The position numbers and the translations under genes are program-made. A stretch of 60,000 bases of DNA from Camelus ferus (Eukaryota): positions 55,864,001-55,924,000 of the forward strand of contig NC_045707.1 in NCBI RefSeq assembly GCF_009834535.1. Reading direction: 5' to 3'. This document shows positions 25,591 to 39,914 of this stretch, piece after piece. The notes under the pieces were generated by a model that searched no databases, was not told the origin of the DNA, and saw only the letters and a program-made list of their open reading frames with translations. The stretch's first letter is position 1. Every line of letters starts with the position of its first letter.

Positions 25591-27460
25591 GGAAATGTTA
25601 AAAAGAGAAGAAAGAAGCCTCTGGCAACAAATAGAAATCAGTTATAAACTTGGCTGACATTACTCAAATACATCAAATAATCACTCTAAATGTAAATCGT
25701 CTAAAGGTACCAATTAAAAGAGATTGTCAGAGTGAATAATAATAATAATAAACATTCAAGTATATGTTGTCTACAAGAAAGCCACTTTAAATATAAAGAC
25801 TCTGACGGTAAAGCAAAGAGGTAAATAAAGATAAACCATTCTAACACTAATTCAAAGAAAGTGATAATATTAATTTCAGACAAAGAAGACTTGGGAGCAA
25901 GGAGAATTATTATAAATAAAGAGGGGCATTTAGGAGGTCAGGGGATACCAAAATTAAAGACAGAATGTGACAAAAATCATCATAATATAATACAAATATA
26001 TAAAACAAGCTCACTGAATGGGGTAAGGGAATGAGGTGCTTATCTGCGTAAGTCTGGAAATAAGTGGAGTCGTAAAACAGAAGGCAAAGTCGTAAAACAG
26101 AAGGCAAAAGAAATTAGATATAAGAACAGCCCTCTAGTTGATAAAATTTCTTTCCATGGGGGCACAGGCTAACAATTCTAAAACTATACATGAATACTGG
26201 AATTTGAAAACCTAAGAAAATGTGTGGTAGATGGTGGAAGCCAGGTTTCTCTTTGTTGGAATGGAATAAACAAGGAGAGGAGGCTAGAAAGATCCATGTG
26301 GTAATGGATTAAAGTTGAAGATATCAGTATGAGCCGATGTTTAGTGAAATATATAGACAGTTACATACAGAATATATATTTTAGATGTGTATATATACAT
26401 TGGTTAGTACACAGACACATGTCTCCCTGTTCTGTGATCTGGAAGATCCTAGAAGCAACAGCACCCAGTAGCAATCAGTACACACAGGTCTCGGTTTCAA
26501 ACCATTCTTCAGCAAAGGGAGCCTTGGAAAATGTCTACATCTTGGGCAGGAAATACACAGGATGAGCCTGGAATACGTTATAGTGACAATGAGGGAGGGA
26601 TGTCAAACAGACTTAGAAGCTTATGAAAGAACTCCTGGGCAACAGAACCAATTTAAGCAATGAAATAAAACAGTATTGTGTTTTAACCTAATGCATAAAT
26701 GAAATGTCCCTGAGTCCACACTAATATACATATAATTTTGAATAAATAACTCAGGAGAAGAGACAAATCCCCCATAAATTCCAAATTTATGTAGATAATC
26801 TGTCCTCAAGGAGAGAGAACATAACTTCCCATCCTTAAGTGTGGATTACATCTACTGACTTCCTTCCAAAGACTACAATATGGAAAGCGAGGGAAAAAGG
26901 TTTTACAAAGGAGAAATTTTACAAAAACAAACTCAAGCCGGATTATCAAAGTTAACCAGTGATATGTCATAATGATAGCATGTAACTTTGATGTGATGGA
27001 ATAAGGACATTTTAGCTCTGTGGTCCTCCCCAGAACACATAACCCTAGTCTAATCATGACAAAGGACTGCCAAATGCCAACTGAGGAATATTCTATAGAA
27101 TACATGACCAGTACTCCTCAAAACTCTCAAGGTCATCAGAAACAAGGCCGACCTGAGAAATTGTCAAAACCCAGAGGACCCTAAGAAGAAAAGGCAACTC
27201 AAAGAAATGTGATGTCTTAGGTGGGATCTGGAAACCACAGAAGGACAACAGAAAAAACTGAAGAAACCCGAATAAAATATGGACTTTACTTAATAATAAT
27301 AGGTCAATATTGGCTCACTCATCGTGACAAATGTACCATACTAATGTATAACGTGAATAATAGAGGAAACTGGGGGTAGGGCATACTGGAACTCTCTCTA
27401 CTAACTTTGCAATAATTCTATATCTAAAACCATTTCAAAAGAAAGAGTTTATTAACAAAT
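25591..27460 (+). mobile_element. Old L1 (L1MC-like): ORF2 endonuclease start joined to 3' UTR (right part of the interrupted element)
   Basis: Endonuclease-domain motifs aataatcactctaaatgtaaat and tatgttgtctacaagaaagccacttt, then an L1MC-type 3' UTR (cacataaccctagtctaatcatga, gtgacaaatgtaccatactaatgta). Confidence 0.78.
26068..26107. repeat. Perfect 20-bp tandem duplication
   Basis: agtcgtaaaacagaaggcaa x2. Confidence 0.92.
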
Positions 27461-28374
27461 TAATTTCTTAAAAATCTAATTAAATGCCACAAAATTTTAG
27501 CCTTTGTTTTATTTGAGTTTAAATACATGAGTATCTGTCACACTATTGTCTCTTTCTCTATAAGTTTGAAATAGTTTCTAACAACAACAAATTCGTAAGA
27601 TAATTTTTTTTTTTTAAAAAAAAAACCTTTTGTGACTCAAGCTGCTCAAAGGGAGAGTGAGAGCATTCTAGGCAAAGGAAAAACCTCAAACAACATCATC
27701 ACTACTTCCTCTGATGGATTGATCACTCATCGGAGGACCTAAGTAGCAGCTTTTACCACATGTAAGTCAGGAAAAGATGTTAAATATTACAATGATCAAA
27801 TGCTATTTCTATTTCAGGAATTAAAAGCAATTAAAAGATAATTTGCATCTGATCACAAATTAATAAAGTGAAATTCCTCTTTCAAAATTATGGCTGAAAT
27901 TTAGTGAGCACGAAAACAAAGTTGGTTTGTTCTACCTGTATTCCAGAGACTGTAAACACATCCTCATTCCATTATAACATTATCAACTGTACAGCTCACT
28001 TTGGTTTTGGACCATTTCAAACAAACGGCTGTCTTTAGGGTAGCTCTAGTCTTGAGGTAAATAACAACTTTTTTTTCCTTCCAAAATGTTGACTTTGGCG
28101 GTATCTCCGTCCTGAGTTCCTGGAACTTTCCTCCTATCCTGTTCACCCACAACAGAGGAAAGCAATGAAGTACATTCAGTTTTATCAAATTCTCAATGTT
28201 TAAAACAGAATGATGACTGAAGAAAGAAAGAAATTACTAGATTTGCAATGGCTCAGATGTTCTAGCTCTAACCCATTGGTCTACCAGGTAAAAATCAGTG
28301 TCTTCTTCACTCAGGTATATTTCTAGAACGTCTGTGGTGTCCACTGTTTCTCCCAGCTCAGTTTGGTATATTAT

Positions 28375-28675
28375 AAAGTTCCTCAGAGTTCATTCAGCAG
28401 AATATTTGTTTTTCTGTATGATAAAAGGTTCAACTTGAAAAAAGGGTTCCATGATAAATCTACTAAGTAGGGTTTTAAATACAAAAAGGCTTTCAGAGTC
28501 TTTAACGGGCAATATGTCTATTAACATATTTATTCACATATGCCTATTAGCATATTTCCCTCTCCCACACTATCTGACTACTTAATTTTTTCTAAGGAAC
28601 ATCTAGACATACTAATGTCTGTGGAATACATTTTGGGAATGTGTTCTGTACCTTTGGGAAACACTGCTTTAATAG
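28375..28675. mobile_element. Possible hAT-Charlie-type DNA transposon remnant
   Basis: Ends in tttgggaaacactgctttaa, resembling Charlie/MER5-type termini; the body is too degenerate to name. Confidence 0.4.
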
Positions 28676-28791
28676 AAACTATCGAAGCAATAATGGCAGT
28701 GGTAAAATCTTGGCACCCTTAAATGTCACCATATTGAAGTTCCTCATTTTACTATCAAGTAAAAGCAATTGCTGTCATGTAACATTACTAT

Positions 28792-28931
28792 TTTTTTAAT
28801 TAAAATTTTTTTTATTTATTGGGGGGGGTAATTAGGTTTATTTACTAATTTCTTTAATGGAGGTACTAGGGATTGAACCCAGGACCTTGTGCATGCTAAG
28901 CACACACTACCACTGAGCTGTTACCCTCCCC
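28792..28931 (-). mobile_element. tRNA-derived SINE with extended tail
   Basis: gggattgaacccaggaccttgtgcatgctaagc...ccactgagctg. Perfect TSD gtaacattactat at 28779-28791 and 28933-28945. Confidence 0.9.
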
Positions 28932-31900
28932 AGTAACATTACTATCTGAATCAGCTTTGTTAATATTAAAAGGTATCAAATTTAGTGTCATATATATGCA
29001 TTAATTTATAAAAGTAAGTTGAGGACTGCTGAAGTAGCAAGGAGGGGAGGATGGAAAACCCCTTTTATACATAAATTGAAACGGAGTGGAGAAGATAATA
29101 ACCACTTTGGGCAAAGGTGCATCCTGGGTGGAAAAGAGAAAAATAGACATCTTCAGGAAAACTATCTTGAGCCAAAGCAATAGATTTCAACTTACTCCTA
29201 TACCTCTGCTGAGGTCATCTCTTTGAGATATGCAAAGATATATTAAAACAGAAGACTACTCATCAGGAATTTTTTGCTTAAAGTAAGTAAATTTCTGGGT
29301 CAAGAAGACAGAAATTCTCTTCTTCTAGCTATTGTTTCACCCCAAGAAATGAGAAGCAGAACAAACTCTACAGTAGATAGTATCTTCAAGACCCATTTCT
29401 CAGGGACAAAATTTTCCCGGATTGACCATATCTACCAACTACACTATTTCTCCATTCTATGGCCTTATACTACATGGCTTTATTCAATGGTCAGTGCCCA
29501 CCTTAAACTCACTGCCACATGACTAATGTCAAAGGGACCAAAGGGTCCTATTTAACTGGGACTCCTCCTGCATGTTAACATCTTCCACCCAAAGTATTGT
29601 CATTACAGTGCACGGTGAATTACAGGGCAGGCTCAAGAACATACCCCACCCTGTCACTTTCGACAAAGAGCCTCAAATATACCTCAGAAGTAAGGGTTCC
29701 ACAATTTTAAGTCTTTTCAAAGAATTATGCTTTTCACTGTGAGAAGAAATAAATTTGTAGGCAGGTATGTGCTCAGGTGCTCTGGCTCCAATAAAATGTT
29801 CTACCAGTTAAAGGTGTACCAGGTAAAAAGGTCAGCAGTTACCTCACTCGGGCCGCTGACCCTGTCCTCCACTTTAGTTTGGAATATCATCATGTTTCCT
29901 TCAAGTCTTAAAATATGAGAGGAATTATACACCATACATGCTACACCACATTTAAATGAAAAATTCCACTTTAAATTTCACTATTACTATTTCCTTGCAC
30001 ACTTCACCTATACAGATACCGAAATCCTTTTTTAGAATTACCTATGTTAAAGTTCTCTTTTAATTTAATGATATACGTGGGAATTGTCTTTTTACTTCAG
30101 AACTGCATCACAAAAACATCTAAACACTGAATGCAGATTTTCTTTAAAAATGAACTTTCATGCATTTTGAAGTTAGGCATTTGTGCACATGAGGCACCAT
30201 ATATACACATTTTATCATGATAAACAAAAAGTTAGAGAGCAACTTAAATGGTACAGCTTTCAGAAGAATCGAGTATAATGCAGTAGGCTTTGGACATGGG
30301 TCTGAACCTCTGTGAACCTCAGCTTCCTCATCTAGAGAGTAGGTACCCAGATCATGGGATCATATGAGGTGGTATTAGAACAGCATATTCACAGTGCCTG
30401 CTTCACTGCATGATAAAGAGTATGAGCTAATCCCAGGAAGTCCTGAGATTGATACGATCATTGAAGAGGTGGGGTAAGGGGCCACCCCATAAGTAATATT
30501 TAATTCTTTGTTAGGTAGGAAAGCAACGGATGAGGATTTATGTCAAGGGAGAAGGAAATGAATGAGAAGTACAGATGGGCCTAGGAGCTCAAGACTTGGA
30601 AAAAAGAAGTTGAATGCAGAATTAACTCTTGTTTGGAAGAAGTATAATTTTAGTGCAAAACTAAGGATAAAATCTACAAGTCTGAGGACTTCATGTTTCA
30701 GGCTGCTGAGGCTCGTGGGCCTCAAATGTGGGTAAAGATAAGGGGAAATGACCAAAATGTTATGGGTTTGTGAACATGTTCATGGCTGGGCTGGTTTTCA
30801 ACCCATTTAGGAGACTGCAAAAATGAAAACTTTCCCATCTCTGAATATATGTGTCTTCCTTTATATACATGCCTGTGTGTGTGTGTGTCTGCCTGCATGT
30901 ATGAATATATATACCCACATCCAGATGCTACAGTAAGGAAAATAGGCAATCTTTTTTTGCGAAGTGTTAGTCCAGCCACTTAGTAGGAAAGACATTTTGG
31001 AGAATGTCTGTTGTTGGTACCACCTTTCTTTAAAGGTAAACACAGGCTTAGACAAGGATGCTGCTTTAATAAGGAAAGATACTCAAATTTTCTACTATTA
31101 GAAAAAAAAATGATCAAACTAGGAAAATGTAAACATAAATTAAAAATAGTTTAACTCACATTAAAATGTGTTCATGCTTTATTACATGATGGGAGCATCA
31201 ACATGTCACAGGAAGAGGAACAAGCTGGAAGTCATGACGTCATGTTGTGTTATCGATGGGGCTTATGTAACAAATTAAAGTACTGTCAAGTGGGAGAATG
31301 CCTACTAAGTGGTGTGGAATCCCATGCGTATAATAAAAATTTAAAAGAAAATAACATGAAAGTACCTACATAATTGTCCTTTCTGATACAAAAGCCATTT
31401 CCACCAGTCTTAAGCATGGCAGCCCACTGCTGAAGCAGCTACAGATGGGTGCTGTGAATTTCTCCAAAGCAGAAGGCGCTGAGACCTTCTTTAGACCAAA
31501 GAAATGCCCAGCTGGTTTTTGTATCACCATTGTTTATTAGAGATCATGACCAAGTTCAGGTTTAGAAAATGTATGTCGAATACAGGTTTTTATAACGCAC
31601 TGCTTCTTGAGATTCCTGCAGGAAAGGCCAGCTATATTTAAGGGGCACAACCACTCCCCTTCTATATCCCCCCCAACAACATGGGGTATCAGAGTCCTGA
31701 GCGACTTTGAGGCCTGAGCCTGCTGGGCTATTTAAATTGCACTAAATGTTAACTATAGACCAAATACACAAACCAAACAAAACAATGAAATGTAAGGTGG
31801 TTTCAAAGCAATATAATCTTATTTATTCCTAAATAAAAAAGCTAACATTTCGTTTCAAACATAGCATCATGTATATGTGGACATAAAGCAGCTAGAATTA

Positions 31901-34900
31901 TTTCCTGTGACCTTTAATGTCTGCGAATGTGAGTATTTTGATTTTATCATTCCTGAAACTACCTGACAAAAGGAAATCTCTAACAATGACTTTTAGAAAC
32001 TAACATATAAAAGCAGAATAAAAGTCGAGGATACTTTGGAGATATTTGGATTCCTGGGTCACTTAGTGGCAACAAGCAGAGAAATTTTACGATTAATTCT
32101 ACAACTATAACTCAATTTAAAAAAAAAGACTGATTCTAGATATCAAAATGCATATCTTAAAGTGAGGAGGTGATTTCTAAAAAAATGAACTACTAGATTC
32201 ATTATGCTTGAGAGTAAAAACAATACAATGATAACTATATTACCTCTAGAATGCCAATCAGAAAGTTTAGATACGGCAACTTCATAGAAAATGCTTAGCT
32301 GAATACTATATTGAGTTAGCTTTTCTTCTATATCTCTTCCAATATTTCAGTAGCATAATATATGTGATATATGCCTTATCTTTCCGCAGAATAAATTTTG
32401 CAACTTCAATGGTATATATCCATAATAATCATTCAGTCAGAGTCACAGGAAAATTTTTTGTTCCCTGCTCCCTCCAATCTAAACATGGCTGTGCAGTGAT
32501 TATAATAAGACAAACAGACCTAAATGTTAGTCAACATGGAAAATAGGAAGAACTTTGCTTTAAAGGACTAAATGGAAAAATAATCTCAGCTCTAAATAGT
32601 AACAATTATTATAAAAGGCCCAAGGAAACACACAGCACTGGACTTTCAGATAGACTACACTGACACCATGTTAGCCTGGGGTATGGAACTTTTCCATGGA
32701 ACTTCAAGTACTTTCACAACTGGAGTTTTATGTAGCCCAATTAACTTTGGCTAGACACAGAAATCTGGCTCAGGGCTTCCATGCAGTAGCCAAAATAAAG
32801 GTTTGCTGTATCAAGAATTACTGTCAGAGTCTCCCATATCCTTCCTTCTCTCACTAACCTAAATCTGGAAAATAAGCTAACAGCCAAGTTGCTTTTACCA
32901 CAATTTAAGTCAATATTAATTTTACTGGCTCACAAAACTGCAAAGTATCTGGCTTAAATAAATGGAACGAGACAAAAAGAAAGGATCGAAAAAAAAAAAA
33001 GTCAAAGTAAAAGATGTGCACGCAACTGGAGAACACACACGGGTTTGGAAACAACTATAAAACCATCTGAAACACCATAATAATGGACGTGTTACTCCTT
33101 CCTTTCTCTCTTAATTCATGCCCAATTTTAAATTCATGGTATTAGCCCTAGGTAACAAAGTTCAAACAAGGAATAAATCACAATTTTAAAGAGACCTTCT
33201 GCTTAGTATTTTAATTGGACATGACATTGGTATGAAAGTTCCACATATTCTAAAGAGATGCCATCTGGGTCCAACTATATCTAAACATGGAGGCTACCAG
33301 TGACCCTAAGGCAGAACTAACTCTTCCCTAGGGTACCCTGGAACATTTGTATTTGCATTGCAATGTAATGTAGGACCTAAAAGTGCCCATAGCCAAAGAC
33401 AGAAGTCCTAAGTTCATGACCTATAATGCCTAATAATAAAAATGTGTTTAACCATTCAAACTAAGCTAGTATTTAGAGGTAATGACAAAAAAAAAAAGTT
33501 ATAAAAAATGGAGAGGGAAGAAGCATTAATTTACTTTTAAAATCTCTAATCAGATATAAAAGAGAAGGAAAGATTCTCTAACTGTATAAAAGGGAGGAAA
33601 ATGCTCGACACTTAAAATTATTTAATATAAAGTGAAAATTAATGATGCTTAATTCAGAAACCCTTGAGGATGTATCCAATTCTACTATTTAGTAGCTTAT
33701 TTATTCTTGGGGACATTTCTTAAATCTTTAAAGCTCAGTTTCCTCATTTGTTAAAAAGAGGATAGTACTCATTATAAAGCTTCATGAAATAGCTCATGTC
33801 AGTCACAGGCACTCGAGAGACAAACATCTCTCTTTGTGACCACCTTCCCTTCCAGGGTCTTGGAAGATTACACTGTGTCCATGTTATAATCATGCCATTC
33901 TCATTCATATCATTGGGAATTAGAGTGATGCCTAGCATGGATGAATAAATCTCAATACATGTGTTGGCAAAATGAAAGGACTAATGAGCAAATGAGAATC
34001 AGGCTAGGGAAACAAAAGTACTAAAAAGTCATGTGCCCTGTACACCTTACTTACACTTATAGAATGCTATGTGTCAACTATATCTCAATAAAACTGAGGG
34101 GAAAAAAGTCATATGCCCAACCCTTACGTAACTTAAAAAGGAACATGCACAAGGAGGGTAAAGGGAGAGTTACCAAGATAGTGAAATGCCACATACAGAA
34201 GAGATAAAAAGATAAAGTCTTAGTCCCTGTCCCATGTCTAGGGTCCAAAGACAGAGATCTGTGTCTGCCATTCAATTAGAGAAATGCTGCTACGGAATTC
34301 TGAAACCAGTGCCATGAAAGCACAGAGAAAAATAACTGCATGAAAGACTCAGGCAAGACCTCACAGAGGACATAAAACTTGAACAGGCGGAGACAGGAAA
34401 GGGACATTTTTGTCAGAGGAATAAAAAGAGAATCTGATCTATGGAACCTGTCAAAGCATTCTGGGAAACTCTAAATCTCTTTGACCTTTTCTAAATACTA
34501 TAAATACTACAGATCTTTAAAGAAAATTGGTACGAAAGATGTTCAGAGAGAATCATTCCACTGGCTATAATAAAAAGCACCCAAAATCAATTATTTTTTC
34601 TAATTTGTCTTATAAAAATATAGTTCTTTATATGAGATCCTGTTCTTTAAGTCTAATTTTGTTGCATGTCAGTGTTACATATTTTGCCTTTGGTCAGTTT
34701 TGATGGAATAGTAAAAATACCATTCCATTTCTATTCCTCTTCTCTTGGAAGTAATAGGCAGTCCCATTCTATAATATTTTATATTTAAAGCATTCAGAAG
34801 TCAAAATGTTTGGCATTTTCCACCTTGCCAGTTTCATGTTAAGTCAGTGGCATATTACCAGGCCAAGAAACCCAAAATTAGACAAAGGCAATCTACTGGG

Positions 34901-35599
34901 ATCAGAAATTTGCCAAATCTCATAATTCAAAAAGAAACTGTTAAGGATGGCTGTGAGGTTTTTGGCACTGTCAGTTTAAGCCATTCCGTAACAGGGTTTG
35001 TATTTCATCTAATCAGCAAGTCAGAAACTATAAAAGTTCTGTTGGTGGGGGGGATTAAAGTTTGGATTGTAATACATGTGTCTTTCCTTCCCTTCCATAT
35101 GTTTCAGTAAATTAAAACTGCTAAATCTTGTTTTTAAAAATGCATTCTAAAAAATAAAGCAGCCTGTAAAGTCATATTTTGGGAACAGGAAACTTAAAAT
35201 ATTCAGGCTTGAAAAGAAGAAGGAAAAGAAAGGACACGTGGTTTCTATATTCAACGTAGTGTCACAATTGAGGGATACTCAGAATTAAGTACATTTAAGC
35301 ATTCTTTTTTTTTTTTCTTTTTCTAAAAGACTTAGAGGGGTGGTAAATTAGGCATCTGAAACTTTTCTAGATGATTTTTGAAGGTGGCCATTTATCAGTC
35401 TAATCAAAAATGTTTCCATTTGAAATCCATAAGAACATCTCAAAGACAGTAGTTGAGGCAAGAGGATTCTACTCTTTTATGGAGCTGTGTGAATTACTAT
35501 TTCTATCAGAATAGAAAATGGAGAGTTTTCACGAGGTAAAACGATTTTTTAACTCATTAAGTTAGACATATTATGATCCTATAAATTGTCAAAATAGCA

Positions 35600-37400
35600 T
35601 CTCATACCCTTCAATTCTGAGCAATGTCCTTTCCCTTTCTCTGTTCCTTCTCTATTGGGCCCCCACATTGATTTCTTTCATAATTTCTTCTTTCCTGTTT
35701 CTTCATCTTTTTACTTGTGTATGAAAACATTTTCTCACCCTTCTTCTCCTATCCTTCAAATCACTTTGCCATCATATTTTTAATTTCAAAAAGCTTTTTC
35801 TCATTTTTCCCTTACTAATTTTTTATGGCATCCTGAACTTCACAAAATACTACGTTACCATCTCTAAGGATTTTTTTTTTCTTCTGTTTCCTCCAGTTTC
35901 CTTCTGCTAGTCATTTGTTTCAGTTCCAATCTTTAACATTTGAAGTTTTCCTAATAAGGCTGACGACCCTTGGTTACCTGTTGCCATTTAAAAGCTGAGT
36001 AAATAAAAGCTGGATGAATTCCTCAGGGATAGGGGTGGTTTCTAGACTGAAAAGATTCACTTTTGTATGTCTGGCTTGGGAGCTAGTCATTTACAGGGAT
36101 CTCCAAATGTAGGTAGATAGAAATCTTTTCCCTACAGTGATTCACTTTCTCCAGATAAGAATTTAACAATATCTTAGGAGGCGGGGCACGTGTGTGTGTG
36201 CTTGTGTGTCTGGGTGAGTGTGTTGCTGAGGGAGTATAAACTCTCTGTCACTGTGTTCTGCACGTGGTAGTGGAGAGGTACTGACAATCTGAGGACACTG
36301 CTGGAGGACAATCAATCCTCTTTTCCATCCTCTCTGCACTCCACCTTCGGCTGTGCAAGCCGTTCCTGGGCCATCATAGGAGCACTCTCATCATCAGCTG
36401 CTCCACCACCGCGAGCCTCCTTTCCCCTGACTCGGAGGTGAGTGCCTGCTTGCTGGCACTGTGCGCACGGGGAGAGACCTGACCGTCCCATGCATAGGTT
36501 ATAACTGATGACCCTATTTGATACTCCTCAGCTCACTCTCCTTTATGCCAACTGCCTCCAAGTCGTGAATCTCCCCAGATTTCTTTTCATCGTTATCCCG
36601 TTTCCAAAGCCCCTCTAGATGGTGGTTTACTCTGTTCCGACAAATCAGTTGTTAACACTTCTCTCTTCTTTCTGACTTTTCAGAGATCAGCTTAAACCAC
36701 ATCTCCCCTCCCATTCTGACTGTTCCTCTAAGGTTACTCCTCAATATGTTAGTTAGTGAAAGTTTATTCTGATGTTCACACATAATCACCATTTCTTTGT
36801 TCACCATTCTCTTTGCACCCTACTCAGCAACTCCTCCTAGATTAGCTGTGTTCTTTTGAAGGACATCTTCAATAATGTCTTCAGCAAGACTTTTTAGTGG
36901 ACTGACTTTTATTTAATTTCTTGGCCTAGGAATTCCCTGATCATTCCAAAGTAAAGTAAGTTCAAAACCCAAAGCCTGATAAAGGGAGGGCATTAGTGGC
37001 AAACTCCTTGCAGGGATTTCAGACTCTGTGCTGAGACAGGCAAACCCTCATGCTGCCCTCTTGCATGTGAACTTTTCTGCATTATTCTTTCACTGAGGGT
37101 ATGAATTTTCCTGCTTTATTTAGGTATCTAATCCCTGGCCTTCTGTGGGTCCAAAGCTTTGTCTCTTACTCCAAACAGAATGAAAACAAACAAATAATAA
37201 GCTCCTTCCCATAGCTGTTACAATGGGTAAACTATCCCAAATCAGCTGCACGATCAGCCTACTGTTGACTGTTTAGTTATTGCTTCACTTCCTCCCTGGG
37301 AAATTCTCGTACGACTTTTTGAGCTGAGCTATGCAGTAAGAGCATACGTGTTAATATTTTATTCAGCATATCTAGATTTTTTTAGTGGGATGTTTTCTGG
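35600..37400 (-). mobile_element. Ancient HAL1/L1ME-like remnants
   Basis: Pyrimidine-rich reverse-ORF1-like tract, including gacccttggttacctgttgccatttaaaag, which resembles HAL1. Confidence 0.45.
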
Positions 37401-38377
37401 TTACTTAGTCTGTGTATATAATCTCTTTAATAGCATTTTAATGGTATCTTAGAATGGATACATAATACTTTTAAGTGTTTAGCCAATCATCTTCTGCAGG
37501 AAGTATTATTTTAAAATAATTATAAGATATCTTTCTATGAAGTCACTTTGGAATCACTTTCCTCATCTTTAATTCTATGTTTTGCTAGTGTTATTTATTT
37601 TCATTAATACTGGAGAGAGATTAAGGGATATAACTAAAATAGCATAGATAATGGAGTCAGATTAGGGTTAAAAGCTAGTTCTACCATTTCTTAGCTGGGT
37701 GAGCTCAGAAAATTTACTGAAATATTTTGAACAATCCCCTATTTTATAAAAAAAAAAAAGCATTAATTACTTTGAAACCTTATTTTGAAATAAATAAAAT
37801 TACAATTTTTTGTAAGTCACAGTGGTAGAATATCAACAACTTATTATGCTTCAAACTAATACTGCTTTCACAGAAATGTGGCCAAGACTGCTTGTCACAG
37901 GGGTGGCCAAATAATGGCTCCCTCCTCGTACAGAATGATTTCCAATTAGTAGGACTTCTAGGTGACAATGATGGACACACATGCAATATCTTATATAAGC
38001 TGGTTACTTGGAAAGAATCAGACTTAATTCCACATTAAAGCCAATCTGGGGTTAACACTGGTTTGGAGAACATAATCTTTATACAAATATTGTTATTATG
38101 ACAAGTTCATTGTACAATTACATATCTGGGGTTCTCCATTTACACATTTCCATTAAGTTACATCAAGGATACAATGCCACATTTTGTCTATGGGAAACCC
38201 TATAGCCAAAGGAGCACATTTTTCCATATTTTCTGTACAGGATACTAACTTAGTATTACCATCGTTACATCCTAACAATTGGAGTTAACTAGCCAGGAAC
38301 CAGTACCTCAAACCCTATCTACCTCAGTCTGCACAGGCAGAACCAATCTCTAAAGAGAGAGAAAGGCAGTTACTCAC

Positions 38378-38499
38378 GGTGAGAGCAAGCAGTTTCCCAT
38401 AGGTGAGATGAGCTGGGATGTGGTCCGTCTTAGATCTCAGTGATTCCATATACCAGTGCTCTGCTTCAGGGAGTTTGCTTAATCGCATGTACGCTTCAC
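38378..38499 (-). CDS. TMTC2: TMTC2 coding exon (122 bp, approx. exon 8): (G)EAYMRLSKLPEAEHWYMESLRSKTDHIPAHLTYGKLLALT
   Basis: Lies within ORF 38324..38587(-). Acceptor ttctcttgccag|GT, donor ACC|gtgagt. 2 nt plus 40 codons. Confidence 0.97.
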
Positions 38500-38589
38500 C
38501 TGGCAAGAGAATCGTGACAATCAATCTGAGGATACAGCTTTCCAAGAACATTTGCAGCAGCATCACATCATCATGCTTATATTCCATAA

Positions 38590-38785
38590 ATTTTCAGATT
38601 CTGTGGCAAGTGCTCTCATCCATTAGCTCATTCCATTCCCCAAAAGTCATCATTTCCATTTTACAGATGAGAAAATTTGTGCTGGGAGAAATTAAGCAAA
38701 ATGCCTAAAAGTCAAAAAGGCAGTAAGTGGTAAAGCTTTGATTTTTTTTTTTAACCTAGAAACATCTAACTCCCAAGCATATGGG
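38590..38785 (-). mobile_element. MIR SINE
   Basis: ccattttacagatgagaaa...gtaagtggtaaagc MIR core. Confidence 0.7.
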
Positions 38786-39864
38786 CTTCGTCATAATTTC
38801 TTTTTCTTTTTAAAGTCTGTTTTTTTCCTCATGTATAATCATTTGTTCTTTTTTATTCATATTCATTCAATTCCTACAGAAACTCAAGTATTTACAGAAA
38901 AACTACTGATTGGAGAGTACTACGCAGGACCTAGACAAAAGAAGTTAAAGGTCTTCCCGTTAAGGCTTACAACCTCGTTGAGAAAGTAAGACTCAGCGAA
39001 GGGGTTAAAAACATTCCGGATTAAGCACTGGTTGGTGCTAGATTTTAGTTTTTTTCAGAATTGATTTGCATTTTATCTTTTAATAAGTAAATTAAAATTG
39101 ACCAGTTTCATTTGGAAAACCCAGTGAATACATGACAATTATTTAGCATGCCCATCACTATGTGCAAAGCTAGTCTAAGGCCCTTCAGCCGTCAGCAGTT
39201 ATTTTCAATTTACACAGATCTTTCCTATCAGGGAGCATTTCACTAACAGCCAAGCCAAGAGGAAAAAAGTTGGAAATAAAGCCAAAAGTTTATCAGTTGC
39301 CTACTTATTATTATCCCCCTCTCCCTTATATGCCTATGGTATGAAAGATTATTCACCCCGTGTGAAAATTAGATTTTAAGATGATTTGTGCATTTAAGTT
39401 AAATATAGTAGTTATAATAAACACTGCAAATGTAGAAGCTACTCGATTTCTGAGACCAGGCAGCAGACTGGTAACCTGCACTATTTTTCAAGCAGACTTT
39501 TATAACTTATCTAATCATAATTACAATGGCTTTTTCCATTTAGAGGAATAATCAGGGGCTTTTCCTAAATGTATTATCCACACTGGTTATGTATCTTTGC
39601 TTCAAAGGAAGAGCTAGCTTCCTTTTCTTTAAATTAAATTCTCTTTGCATTAGCATAACACTGTTAGTACAAATATGTTTGATGAATTGAATTGATTTGA
39701 GTCTCCTGACCTTTTGAGTGCTCTTTGCTTGTCTGGTTAGTAAAAAAAAAAAAAACAAAAAACAAAAACAAACAACAAAAAATATATATATATGACAAAT
39801 AATATGTAATAGGCACAAAAATGTGTGTACCACTCACACACATCTATGTGTTTCTAGTTCTGAG

Positions 39865-39914
39865 AACAGTCCTTGAATTAAACTATCATAACAGTCCTTA
39901 AACTAAACTATCAT
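39865..39914. repeat. 25-bp tandem duplication with 2 mismatches
   Basis: aacagtccttgaattaaactatcat / aacagtccttaaactaaactatcat. Confidence 0.9.
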
